Below are positions 35,758 to 44,706 of a stretch of DNA of 64,000 nt, piece after piece (position 1 is the first letter of the stretch; each line of letters opens with the position of its first letter). A model generated the notes under the pieces. It was not told the origin of the DNA and made no database searches. It was given only the letters and a program-made list of their open reading frames with translations. Origin of the DNA: a virus (taxonomy: Duplodnaviria; Heunggongvirae; Uroviricota; Caudoviricetes); the IMG/VR virus record IMGVR_UViG_3300049049_000146, positions 67,216 to 131,215 of that record. One strand, written 5' to 3'. The translations under genes and the position numbers were made by a program.

Positions 35758-35891
35758 TCGTGGTCGAACCTAGCGCACACGTGCCGCCACAGCCAATGCT
35801 CGCGCTGGGGCTGAAACGGACCGTCAGGGGTTCGGTACGTCGTTCCGCGCTTTCGCGCCAAGCTCTGCCTCGATGAGTGAGAAAAGCTCAT
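35595..35891 (-). CDS. hypothetical Cys-rich protein (frame uncertain)
   Basis: 98 aa; overlaps 35377..35757 by about 160 nt. Confidence 0.35.
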   Translation of the reverse strand: MSFSHSSRQSLARKRGTTYRTPDGPFQPQREHWLWRHVCARFDHDWFELTYFEPEDFRVKSPKFCARCGIRDYDGLDFKQFQCALDRALEWFKEKGIP

Positions 35892-36288
35892 CTCCCGCCT
35901 GTTCGATCTTCTGGCACTCAGGACACCACGAGGGCAGGTCGCCGTCTTCCTCGTGGCCTACAGGACACTTCGGCGTGTACCGGAATCGCTCCGCAGCTTC
36001 AAAGAGACGATAGACGGCCTCGTACTTGTCCTCAGCCTCCTGAAAGTGCGACTGCACGTACCCGCTGAACTCCAGCTTCTCGGCCTCTGCGTATTTACAG
36101 GACTTGTTCGAGCAGTCAGCACTGTCGAAAATGCCCGTGTACCCACAAGGGCTGCCGCACGCGATGCAAGTATGCTTATACGCCATCTTCGCGCTCCCCG
36201 TGCACGACGTCCCAAGCATCGTCGAAGGCCCCGTCGACACCGAGGCAGTGGTGCAGTCCGCTCGCGTCGAATTCGTCTTCGAATTCAC
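35824..36288 (-). CDS. hypothetical Cys-rich zinc-binding protein
   Basis: 154 aa; multiple CxxC. Confidence 0.45.
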   Translation of the reverse strand: MNSKTNSTRADCTTASVSTGPSTMLGTSCTGSAKMAYKHTCIACGSPCGYTGIFDSADCSNKSCKYAEAEKLEFSGYVQSHFQEAEDKYEAVYRLFEAAERFRYTPKCPVGHEEDGDLPSWCPECQKIEQAGDELFSLIEAELGAKARNDVPNP

Positions 36289-36394
36289 GAATCAGGTGCT
36301 CGTAGATTCGCTGACGAGCGTCGTGCTCCACGACATTGTTGTGCACAGCCCAGACGACACGCTCCATCACAGAGGAGCCAGTAGACCAACTCAT
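36176..36394 (-). CDS. hypothetical protein
   Basis: Start at MSWSTG; the track's N-terminal extension is an Arg/Ser-rich frame. Confidence 0.4.
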   Translation of the reverse strand: MSWSTGSSVMERVVWAVHNNVVEHDARQRIYEHLIREFEDEFDASGLHHCLGVDGAFDDAWDVVHGEREDGV

Positions 36395-36395
36395 G

Positions 36396-36665
36396 TTAAT
36401 CTCCCGTGAAGATGTCGAACATGCGGTCGATATCGAACGACTCTTCGTCACCGGATTCGATCTTCGTCGGCGTGACAACCGCCCACGCAACGAAGGTCCC
36501 GTCGTCATCCAGACGAACGCTCAGACGTCTCTTCTCGGCCGCCGCCTCGATAAGAATCACTGCGCCGCGAAAGCCGGTGCTCTCGCCAGAGAATACGTCA
36601 CCGTCGTAATTCCTCTTGGCGAGAGCAGCGCGGAACTTCTCTTCCCACTCTTCGATGAAGCTCAC
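36396..36665 (-). CDS. hypothetical protein
   Basis: 89 aa ORF. Confidence 0.45.
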   Translation of the reverse strand: MSFIEEWEEKFRAALAKRNYDGDVFSGESTGFRGAVILIEAAAEKRRLSVRLDDDGTFVAWAVVTPTKIESGDEESFDIDRMFDIFTGD

Positions 36666-38059
36666 TCTTCCTCCCGGAAGCGCTTACCCACAGGGAAGCG
36701 CGGCACGCCATCCTTGGTCTTGTTCTGGTAGCAGACCGTCAGAATCTTGCCCTGCCAGAGACTGTGGTCCTCGAAGAATTCCTTGAGGCGGTCGAGTGAC
36801 CCATCCATCTTGGCCTTGAAGAGCTTCTCGTCCGGCGTCCTACAGATGAACGCAGCCACGTGCCCCATGAGCTTTCCGCGGCCTTCCTCGAAGTCGACGA
36901 TGGGGAACTCCTCGTCGAGGAATTCCTTGACCTTCAGGAGGTCGTAGCTGCGCTTGTACTCGTACATGCCGTTGGCATTACGAACCATCGCGCCCTCGTA
37001 ACCCTGGCGGAGATACTCCGTGAAGATTTCGACAAGCTCGTCTTCCGACTCAGCCTTCTTATTCTTCACGAGCTTGAACGGATGCGGCGCGTCAGCGAAC
37101 AATTCCTTCAGGTACTTGTATCGCTTGATGAACGGGACGCCCTCGATGACCGCATCGAACACGTGGTACTCGATTACCTCGTGGCCATCACCCGGCTTCT
37201 TCGACCGGCAGAGCGACATGATGCGCTCGAAATCCGTGGCGAGCGTATGAACGTATGCCTCACCGTCGAAGATGTGATTCCCTTCAGGGAACTTCTCCTC
37301 GAACGCACGAGCAATGTGCGGAAGGCTGGTGACCGGCTTGCGGTTACGCGTCCAGAGCTTGCAGACGCCATCATTGATCGTCGCCACCATGCGCATGCCG
37401 TCGAGCTTTTTGCTGACGAGGCAGGGGTACTTGATCTTGTGGCCGTGCTCGGAGAACTTGTGGGCGAGCATCGGAGAGATTCCTCCCTCGACGAACCGCT
37501 CGTCCGCCTCTCCCGCCGTGGCCTTTTCCGGGTCCTCGACGTAGAGCTTGATTCTCAGCTGCTTCTCCCAGCGAGCCTTTGCTTCTGCAATCGCCTGCTG
37601 TTCAGGAGTCGTCGCATTGACCTTGCCGAGATTCTTTCCGGCCTTGATCACGTCCTCGGTCGTTTGCTTTTTGCCGTCGACCTGGCCGTGAATGGTACGA
37701 ATCGTCGTACCCTCAACCTCGATCTTCCATTCCTGTAACGTGCCCTTTGTGTTCTTCTTGTAGAGCACGGGGAATTCAGTCTTCATCGAGTCTTCCTCAT
37801 TCGCGATTCGTAAGAGAACATCGGCGTGGCAGGGGAGCGGGGCGCACCAACACAGGAGGTCACGCCCTTTTAACTCCGCTCGGATCTTGCGCATCAGGAG
37901 TGGACGTGTCCTGACCCACTCCTCGTATTTACGGATTACCTCGGAACGTAGCTGGCCTGGCTGCAACTCGAACGGGTTTCCAAATGGCGAGGGCCTCCCG
38001 ACATATACAGCGTCAGGAGGCCACACGTTACCCGCGCGTCTGTTGTAGACCTTGGGCAT
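36662..38059 (-). CDS. ATP-dependent DNA ligase with N-terminal DUF4326-like domain
   Basis: 465 aa; KLDGMR adenylation motif I; C-terminal OB-fold motif ...GVPRFPVGKRFREEE; N-terminal YVGRPSPFGNPF (DUF4326 signature). Confidence 0.85.
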   Translation of the reverse strand: MPKVYNRRAGNVWPPDAVYVGRPSPFGNPFELQPGQLRSEVIRKYEEWVRTRPLLMRKIRAELKGRDLLCWCAPLPCHADVLLRIANEEDSMKTEFPVLYKKNTKGTLQEWKIEVEGTTIRTIHGQVDGKKQTTEDVIKAGKNLGKVNATTPEQQAIAEAKARWEKQLRIKLYVEDPEKATAGEADERFVEGGISPMLAHKFSEHGHKIKYPCLVSKKLDGMRMVATINDGVCKLWTRNRKPVTSLPHIARAFEEKFPEGNHIFDGEAYVHTLATDFERIMSLCRSKKPGDGHEVIEYHVFDAVIEGVPFIKRYKYLKELFADAPHPFKLVKNKKAESEDELVEIFTEYLRQGYEGAMVRNANGMYEYKRSYDLLKVKEFLDEEFPIVDFEEGRGKLMGHVAAFICRTPDEKLFKAKMDGSLDRLKEFFEDHSLWQGKILTVCYQNKTKDGVPRFPVGKRFREEE

Positions 38060-38068
38060 TAGCCCGTG

Positions 38069-38611
38069 TCACCGAAAGATCATCTGCCATTGATTCGTGT
38101 ACACGACGGCCCGATGACCAGGAGGGACCAATTCAGCGCCCTGACTAGCCTTGTACCAAGGGAGAATAGGCTCCTCCCCGTGGTCCGCGCCATAGAACTC
38201 ACCAGGAGTACAGGCAGCGAAAATGCGCCCCTGCTTTTGCGTCTCTGCTGCACGTCGAAGAAGTGACGCTTCGATAGCGTCCAGGCGCGTCTCGTAGCTT
38301 CGGACGATGTCGTCCACCACTTCCAACTCTCGGTCAAGAGAGAAGGTGACGAAGACGCTCATGTGGAACCGAGGAACCTCGGCACCCAAGCCTTCAACAG
38401 CGTCCGAGAGTCGCACGTCACTCGTGACGTAAAGACTCGGGTCACTGATGGGCCCTGCGTAACCAAGGACCCTATTCATCGTCTCGCTGCGGCTCATGTG
38501 AGCTTCGATCGCTCGGTGCATTCTGGACTTCCAGTCCTCCTCACCGAACGTCGGAATCGAGGCAGCGACCGGAAGGACTACCGCTGAATGAATGATTTCT
38601 CTGCGCTTCAT
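38069..38611 (-). CDS. hypothetical protein
   Basis: 180 aa ORF. Confidence 0.5.
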   Translation of the reverse strand: MKRREIIHSAVVLPVAASIPTFGEEDWKSRMHRAIEAHMSRSETMNRVLGYAGPISDPSLYVTSDVRLSDAVEGLGAEVPRFHMSVFVTFSLDRELEVVDDIVRSYETRLDAIEASLLRRAAETQKQGRIFAACTPGEFYGADHGEEPILPWYKASQGAELVPPGHRAVVYTNQWQMIFR

Positions 38612-38820
38612 GACGTCTCCTTGACCCAGTTCGCATTCTCCAGGTCGGCCGTATTCGCCAGGTCGCCAGCCTCGTCGAAACGGCCCTTGCCGGTCTCAGC
38701 GTCAACGACGCGCACATCGAAATGCTCCCCGTTCTTGGTGCATTCCACGATGCGCATCTTGCCCATGTCACTGACGAGAATCGTTCCGACCTCGTACTTC
38801 GGTGCCTTCTTCTTGCTCAT
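38608..38820 (-). CDS. hypothetical protein
   Basis: 70 aa ORF. Confidence 0.45.
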   Translation of the reverse strand: MSKKKAPKYEVGTILVSDMGKMRIVECTKNGEHFDVRVVDAETGKGRFDEAGDLANTADLENANWVKETS

Positions 38821-39188
38821 GCTGCCTCTACCTTCTCAACCCGTCCCGTCTCATTGCAGTTCGTGCAGGGGCGTTCGTCTCGATGGTAATCACCCTCGAT
38901 CTCGCCCTTCCCCTCACACTTCGGGCACGGGTCCGTATCGTTAAGCCATCGCTGGTATTCCAGCAAGGCTTCGCGCTCCTTATCAAGCGCGACGGGGTCG
39001 ATTCCCAGGAAGCGACCGATGAGCCGTTCCTTCGAATAGGCCACGACTTCGAGGTTGTATCCACGCTCGGAATAGGCCGACAGCTGAAGGCCCTCTTCCT
39101 CAATCCAGTCCAGGAACTCGCTCAGGAGTAGGGACTTGTTTCGGTCGATGCGAAGCTGTTCGAGCAGGGGAGTTTCAGGTCGCTTCAT
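38817..39188 (-). CDS. hypothetical protein with C-terminal zinc ribbon
   Basis: 123 aa; CPKCEGKG...CTNCNETG. Confidence 0.5.
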   Translation of the reverse strand: MKRPETPLLEQLRIDRNKSLLLSEFLDWIEEEGLQLSAYSERGYNLEVVAYSKERLIGRFLGIDPVALDKEREALLEYQRWLNDTDPCPKCEGKGEIEGDYHRDERPCTNCNETGRVEKVEAA

Positions 39189-39191
39189 GTT

Positions 39192-39452
39192 TCACTCGCT
39201 GTCGTCGAAGTTGTAGAAGTCGCGGAGCCGATTGTGCAGGTCGTCAGGCATGAGCAGCGCCCTGTACGCAGCAAGCAATTCAGGGTCGCTCTCGATCTTC
39301 TTCAGCACCTTGGGCGGTACGCTGACGTGTCGAATTCCGTACGGCCCGTACCAATCCCAAATGTGGTGGAGTAGTTTCACCGCTCGCTCTGCGTAAGCGA
39401 GGGAATCTGCAATCTTACGCAGAGGCTTGAGCGGGTCCTTCGGCTCCTTCAC
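39192..39452 (-). CDS. hypothetical protein
   Basis: 86 aa ORF. Confidence 0.45.
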   Translation of the reverse strand: MKEPKDPLKPLRKIADSLAYAERAVKLLHHIWDWYGPYGIRHVSVPPKVLKKIESDPELLAAYRALLMPDDLHNRLRDFYNFDDSE

Positions 39453-39757
39453 TCAATTCCCTTCCACGAAAGAGTGGCACGCACCATGTGACAGTCCGGA
39501 CGATAGACTTCACGCCAACGCTCACGAGATACCCGCACGTAGCGATAGGCGTTGAGCTTCTCCGACCACTGGTCCTTGACGCGCCAGACCTTCGTATCGA
39601 AATACGTGGTCTCGATTCGCCCATTCGGGTGAATGATGACCCACCCCTTCGTCTCGGAACCACGGCGAAGAATGGCCGGGATCTTGGGCACCGTCGCCAG
39701 CTTCTTCCCAAGCTTCAGTGCGTCGCGTAGCGCAGCCTGTTGCCTCTTGATGCTCAT
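39449..39757 (-). CDS. hypothetical protein
   Basis: 102 aa ORF. Confidence 0.5.
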   Translation of the reverse strand: MSIKRQQAALRDALKLGKKLATVPKIPAILRRGSETKGWVIIHPNGRIETTYFDTKVWRVKDQWSEKLNAYRYVRVSRERWREVYRPDCHMVRATLSWKGIE

Positions 39758-40479
39758 GTGACCACCTCTCTAGGGCCCTTGTGCAGGTATCCCCTGTCCT
39801 CGCCGTCTTCGATCAATCGAATGGCGCAGTTCTGGGGATTGCGCTCCTTCTCGAACCACTCGACCGTCTTGTGGCACCACATCATCACGAAGGCACGCAT
39901 CGTGACGCCGTGGCAGACCACCATGATGTCCTTGATCCCGTGGCGCTCGGCGTCACGGTGGAACGTTCCGAACGCCTGGTGGACGCGCTTGGCGACATCG
40001 AAGCGGCTCTCGCCAAGCGGCATGCGGGCCCAGAAGCGTCCCTCGAATTCCTCGTGCTTCCGATAGTGCTCATGCTCCATCGGGAAGAGCTTCGGCAAAT
40101 CCTCGTCCGGGTGTCCGTCGAAGAGACCGAACTGCTGCTCACACAGCAGAATGTGCTCCCTGATGTCGTGAACGAACGGCGTGCCTTGAAGCGACTCGTG
40201 AATGATCGAGGCCGTCTGTGCCGCACGAGCGTACGGGCTGTACCAGATGCGGAAAGTCGGCACCGGGGGCGCGATGCTGACGCTTCCTTGACTACCCTCG
40301 TACACGTGCGGCTTAGCCTGCTTCTCGCACCAGCTACGGACAAATGCGCCTGCTTCGAGCGCCTGCCGCTTGCCGAGATCCGACAGGCCAATCGCGTGGT
40401 CAGGCTTCTTCAGTAGAACACTGCGGTCGACGTTGGCTTCCGACTCACCATGACGAACAAGGAAAATCCGCATCATCAC
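39754..40479 (-). CDS. histidine phosphatase superfamily protein (phosphoglycerate-mutase-like)
   Basis: 241 aa; N-terminal RHGESEAN catalytic motif. Confidence 0.75.
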   Translation of the reverse strand: MMMRIFLVRHGESEANVDRSVLLKKPDHAIGLSDLGKRQALEAGAFVRSWCEKQAKPHVYEGSQGSVSIAPPVPTFRIWYSPYARAAQTASIIHESLQGTPFVHDIREHILLCEQQFGLFDGHPDEDLPKLFPMEHEHYRKHEEFEGRFWARMPLGESRFDVAKRVHQAFGTFHRDAERHGIKDIMVVCHGVTMRAFVMMWCHKTVEWFEKERNPQNCAIRLIEDGEDRGYLHKGPREVVT

Positions 40480-40485
40480 CTCTAA

Positions 40486-41028
40486 TCACAGATCCTTGGT
40501 TCGCCGTACGTAGATCACAGCGAACAACGTCCCAGGAAAGTTCTCGTGCGTCTTCCAGAGCACGTTCGTTACGCGTAGAAGAATCGGGTCAGTTTGGTAA
40601 TGGTCCCCGATGCGGGGAACCTGCCCATGAAATTCGAGCAGCAGCGCATTCGTTTCGCCGTCACGAATCTCGTGCTTCTTTAGTGAATCTTCCGGCCTCA
40701 CCGGGCTAGGGAACGGCGTCGGCGTGTAATTCGTCAGCGCGGCAGGTACCGTCTGTACCTGCTTCCGCTCCCGCGAGGAGCCCACACGCTTGACATGCGC
40801 ATCCCAACGGTCGCCGTTGAAGCGAATGTCCGACAGCGCGTGGTTCTCGCCGATTAGTTCCCTAACGGCGCGGTCGAAGTTCTCCTTCGTGACCGACATC
40901 GGAACCCACGACATGTGAACCGGACCGCCATTCTCGTCGAAGTAAACGGAGGCGGTCCAGTAGTTGTTGTGGGAAGACCACTGATAGTCCCTACGATTCC
41001 AGCCGTAGGGCGTTTCGAGTCGGGTCAT
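40486..41028 (-). CDS. hypothetical protein
   Basis: 180 aa ORF. Confidence 0.5.
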   Translation of the reverse strand: MTRLETPYGWNRRDYQWSSHNNYWTASVYFDENGGPVHMSWVPMSVTKENFDRAVRELIGENHALSDIRFNGDRWDAHVKRVGSSRERKQVQTVPAALTNYTPTPFPSPVRPEDSLKKHEIRDGETNALLLEFHGQVPRIGDHYQTDPILLRVTNVLWKTHENFPGTLFAVIYVRRTKDL

Positions 41029-41384
41029 TAGAGCATATCACCGGGACGAATGAGCCCGGCGCCTGCGAGATAGCCTTCAAGCCACGGGCCAAACTTGTCG
41101 ATGTTCCGGTCGCGGTTGTTGATGCTGTGCTTACACAGGCCAGTGCTCAGAGAATTCGGCTTGGGGGCGATGTACAAATACGTCACATACATACCGTTCT
41201 GCCACTCCTCAGCGGTGAGAAGCATTCGGCAGCAGTGAGCATCACCCCACTTCTGGGCAGCTTCGAGGACCTTAGGTCCCCATTCCCAGCGGCCCCACTT
41301 CACGGCGTGGCACCCATCGATCCACGTGCTGGGTGCCTGCGGAGGATCTTCGTCTACTTCAGGATAATCCATACGCCCCCTCAT
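41028..41384 (-). CDS. hypothetical protein
   Basis: 118 aa ORF. Confidence 0.5.
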   Translation of the reverse strand: MRGRMDYPEVDEDPPQAPSTWIDGCHAVKWGRWEWGPKVLEAAQKWGDAHCCRMLLTAEEWQNGMYVTYLYIAPKPNSLSTGLCKHSINNRDRNIDKFGPWLEGYLAGAGLIRPGDML

Positions 41385-41453
41385 TTACAGCAACGGCGCG
41401 GGGAGCAACGCTCAAGGCTCACGTGCACAAGCGTTGCTCCCCGCGCCGCTTTC

Positions 41454-41819
41454 TCAGACGAGTTCCTTCAGCGGAACTCCACCCCGCGGCCAGTCATTCG
41501 GGTCAGGGATGCGAATGAATTCGCAGTTCTCCCAGCGCATGAATTCGCCGTCCCAGCCGATGACGAAATAAACCCTCTGCCCGCCGAACCCATCCGGCTC
41601 CATGCCGAGCAAGCGACCGACACGCTGAGGATGAAGGGCCAGCGAAGTCTTCTCGATGACGAGATCGCCAGGCGAAGGATTCCTCATCCAATCGAAGGCT
41701 AGATTGTCGTGCGGGCCGTAGGGAGGAACATGACCGCGGCGGAGCGACAGCTTGTACAGCTGCTCAGCGAGGAAGACAACCGTACGCGCCAAGAAAAGCG
41801 CCTGGGCCTTGTCGTCCAT
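41454..41819 (-). CDS. hypothetical protein
   Basis: 121 aa ORF. Confidence 0.5.
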   Translation of the reverse strand: MDDKAQALFLARTVVFLAEQLYKLSLRRGHVPPYGPHDNLAFDWMRNPSPGDLVIEKTSLALHPQRVGRLLGMEPDGFGGQRVYFVIGWDGEFMRWENCEFIRIPDPNDWPRGGVPLKELV

Positions 41820-42079
41820 CAGATTCCCTTCTTCCGCTTCCAGTTCCAGAACGAGTCGCCGTAGACGGCCTGGACCGCTGCCTCGTAGACGTAGTGCTTG
41901 AAGTCCTCGTCCTGGTAGCCGGACTCGACGGTTTCCTCGACGCCGTGGATTACGGTCTTCACGAGGGAATCGAAATTCGGATTGGAAAGAGGACGGGGAA
42001 GAGCGGACCGCTGCTCCTCCGCTTCACGCCTCTGAATCTCTGCGAGCAGCTGCTCCTTCGAAACCTTACGCAAGTCCAT
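41819..42079 (-). CDS. hypothetical protein
   Basis: 86 aa ORF. Confidence 0.45.
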   Translation of the reverse strand: MDLRKVSKEQLLAEIQRREAEEQRSALPRPLSNPNFDSLVKTVIHGVEETVESGYQDEDFKHYVYEAAVQAVYGDSFWNWKRKKGI

Positions 42080-42082
42080 GCA

Positions 42083-43018
42083 TCACCTATCGAGCTTCCG
42101 GAACGTCATCGAAATGCGACCGCCACAAGGCTGATCGTGCTTCGGAATCTTGTGGAAGTGGTCCTTCTGATAGCCGCCAGGCATCACGAACAGCGAGCCG
42201 TTCGTCAGGAAATACTTGTCGCTGTCAGGGATGTTTCCCTTGAAGTCCTTGCGCTTCGTGTAGATGTACCGCTCCGCACCGAACGACACGACAGCGATCG
42301 GGTGATCGAGGTCCTGCTCGGGCGAATCATCAGCGTGCCATCCGAGGTGCTGCTTCTCGCTCTTGTAGTAATTGAGCACGCAGACGTTGTACGACGTGCC
42401 GAAATCCTTGTTCAGCTTCTCCAGGATTTCAAGCACCTTGGGATGCATCGGAACAGCACGGTACGTGTGCAGCGCTTCACGAAGCTCGTTGTTGTTCCCG
42501 TAGCTGTACGTGAGGCTAGTGTCGACCGACATGAAGCACTCATCACGAGGAGCATCGCGATTCACCCACGGCACTTCCTCACGGAGGACCTCAAAGAGAT
42601 TCTCGGGGAAGTAGTCCTTCTGGAAGTGAATCTTCATGAGATTCGTGGTGTCCTTCGAGTGCATAGGGCACGCGGTGTAGATCCAGCCCTTGTGCTCGTG
42701 GCTTCTACCCGGAGCACCGCACTCAGTACACGTCTCGTACGACACGTGCTCCGCTTCCCGGATTGCCTCACGCATTTCCTCGGAAGCAGGGCCGGTGTAG
42801 AAGCGGAGGCCGCCAAACTTCGACTTCACCTGCTGGACTTCAAGCGTGTCCCAGCCCTCCATCTTGGAGAGCTTCGCAAGCAGGTTGTCGATGAGGGCAG
42901 TCCAGCCGATCGGGAAGCCCGACCACTCACCGAGCTTCTTGCTGTATTTCGTTTCAAGGCTACGGAGAGCAGCTACCTGCTCATCCATACGCCTCAGGAT
43001 TTCGTCTTTGCTATCCAT
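42083..43018 (-). CDS. AlkB-like 2OG-Fe(II) dioxygenase with N-terminal extra domain
   Basis: 311 aa; WHADDSPEQ (HxD), HFHKIPK (His), RISMTFRKL (RxSxTxR) in the C-terminal half; N-terminal ~140 aa with CTECG..CPMH. Confidence 0.75.
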   Translation of the reverse strand: MDSKDEILRRMDEQVAALRSLETKYSKKLGEWSGFPIGWTALIDNLLAKLSKMEGWDTLEVQQVKSKFGGLRFYTGPASEEMREAIREAEHVSYETCTECGAPGRSHEHKGWIYTACPMHSKDTTNLMKIHFQKDYFPENLFEVLREEVPWVNRDAPRDECFMSVDTSLTYSYGNNNELREALHTYRAVPMHPKVLEILEKLNKDFGTSYNVCVLNYYKSEKQHLGWHADDSPEQDLDHPIAVVSFGAERYIYTKRKDFKGNIPDSDKYFLTNGSLFVMPGGYQKDHFHKIPKHDQPCGGRISMTFRKLDR

Positions 43019-43290
43019 GATTCTTCATCCCAGCCGTGTACGTCTTTCATTGCGAAATGACGGACGGCATTCTTGTCGACATCCAGCGCAGTGAGGAGCC
43101 ACCCAGGTTCAGGGTGCCATTCCGTTGTGCCGAACCAAATCGACTGAGGGACAATCTTACGATAGTCCTTCTCGCCGCGCCAGTTCGTGTAGAGAATGGT
43201 GACGACTTTGACCTTGGCGTTGTCGTCGATCATTTCCGACTCTTGAGTTGCTCGCCCAAGAACTTGTGCAGCCTCTCGACCTGGGGCCAT
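42994..43290 (-). CDS. hypothetical protein
   Basis: 98 aa ORF; start possibly at internal MIDDNAK. Confidence 0.4.
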   Translation of the reverse strand: MAPGREAAQVLGRATQESEMIDDNAKVKVVTILYTNWRGEKDYRKIVPQSIWFGTTEWHPEPGWLLTALDVDKNAVRHFAMKDVHGWDEESWIAKTKS

Positions 43291-43541
43291 TCGAGGAGCA
43301 TCGCATTCCCAGGGAACATGGTGATTTCCTGGGTCTCTTCGATGTCCCGATCGTCCTGCATCCCGAGCCAGAGTCCGCGCTCCCGCCCGTCCGAGAAGAT
43401 ATTCAGGTGCTCGTTGTAGATGCTGTCGGCGTAATGCTCCGTGAGCAGCGCTTCCTTCTGTTGCTCCTCGTAGTAATCACGACGAATCTTGGCCTTGGCT
43501 TTCTTGAGTCTGAGTTCTTCTCTGCTCAATTCTACACCCAA
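43230..43541 (-). CDS. hypothetical protein
   Basis: 103 aa ORF (TTG start). Confidence 0.45.
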   Translation of the reverse strand: MGVELSREELRLKKAKAKIRRDYYEEQQKEALLTEHYADSIYNEHLNIFSDGRERGLWLGMQDDRDIEETQEITMFPGNAMLLEWPQVERLHKFLGEQLKSRK

Positions 43542-43708
43542 TTCGAGAGATCATTGAGGGCGGCCGAGAATTCGCGCTGCGACTGCTTGTAGTCCTCTTC
43601 GAGCTTTGCGATCTCCGCGAGCAGACGGGGGCGCTCACGCTCCAGGCGGATACGCGCCTCGTTCATCTTCCGCGCAGCTTCTGCTGCCTTGTCGTTCCTT
43701 GCCATAGG

Positions 43709-44206
43709 TCAATCCTCAGGCTTGAATCCCATTGCGTTGGCGATCTGCTGGGCGACCCAGCAAGCGCGCATGTGCTTGTTACTCGTCTCCGGCTCTACCT
43801 TTGCGAATAGAGCGAAGTCGTCGCCGCTCTGGAACCCGGTAGTGCTCGCGATTTCCCAGGGGTGGTCGGAATACCTTGCGCGAGCCTTGCCGTAATCCTC
43901 GGACGAGTAATAGAGGTCATGCCCTTCGTAATGACCGAGGAAGATTTCCTCCGGGTCGTCAGCCTCGTGGGCAAACACGGGCTGACCTACGCCGGGCAGG
44001 GCCTTCACGTCGCCCTTGCGCTTCTTCACCTTCCTGAAGCCACTATCGGGAAGGTCAGTTAGGAATCCCGTAAGCGACCCCTTGTCCTTGTCGAATTGGA
44101 TCCGGAAGCACCAGGTGCCTTCATCGTTCTGCCAGACGTCCTCCATCACCCCTGAGAGTCTGTCTGCAGAATTGACCCAGCGCGACCCGATCTTCGGCTT
44201 CTTCAT
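43709..44206 (-). CDS. hypothetical protein
   Basis: 165 aa ORF. Confidence 0.5.
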   Translation of the reverse strand: MKKPKIGSRWVNSADRLSGVMEDVWQNDEGTWCFRIQFDKDKGSLTGFLTDLPDSGFRKVKKRKGDVKALPGVGQPVFAHEADDPEEIFLGHYEGHDLYYSSEDYGKARARYSDHPWEIASTTGFQSGDDFALFAKVEPETSNKHMRACWVAQQIANAMGFKPED

Positions 44207-44451
44207 GGTGGTTCGATTTCCTCGACGACCGGCGTCGTCATATCAGCGTACATGGCACGGACCGTCACCGTGCCTCGCGTTTCCGTAGCCAGCGAGAGCG
44301 CAACGTCTCGCACAGAATCTCGCATCGAGGCGTCTCCCGCCTCCCCTGCCTTCGTCCAACCGCACTTCTTCGAGCACGAGAAGGTCAGGAGAAGGGTCCC
44401 GCCACGCGAACCTGGCTTGAACGTACCGACACCAGAAATGTGACGCAGCAT
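44203..44451 (-). CDS. hypothetical protein
   Basis: 82 aa ORF. Confidence 0.45.
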   Translation of the reverse strand: MLRHISGVGTFKPGSRGGTLLLTFSCSKKCGWTKAGEAGDASMRDSVRDVALSLATETRGTVTVRAMYADMTTPVVEEIEPP

Positions 44452-44455
44452 AGAG

Positions 44456-44683
44456 CTATCCTTTCTTCATCTCACTTTGGAGCAACTTCATCTTCGAAAT
44501 GAAGATGTGAACTTCATCGAGGAGCGAACGCCCCTCAGCTTCAACCATTCTTCGAGCTACGTGAGCGACAGCATCTTCAAGAGCCTGGTCGTCCTTGAGC
44601 CCCTGAGAAATCAAGGCCACCCGGATGTCCGAGCGCAGCGACTGAGCCTTGATGCTGATCAGCGTCCACCAGGCGTTGTCCAT
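44456..44683 (-). CDS. hypothetical protein
   Basis: 75 aa ORF. Confidence 0.45.
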   Translation of the reverse strand: MDNAWWTLISIKAQSLRSDIRVALISQGLKDDQALEDAVAHVARRMVEAEGRSLLDEVHIFISKMKLLQSEMKKG

Positions 44684-44706
44684 CGGAACCCTAGCATCGT
44701 CGGACT

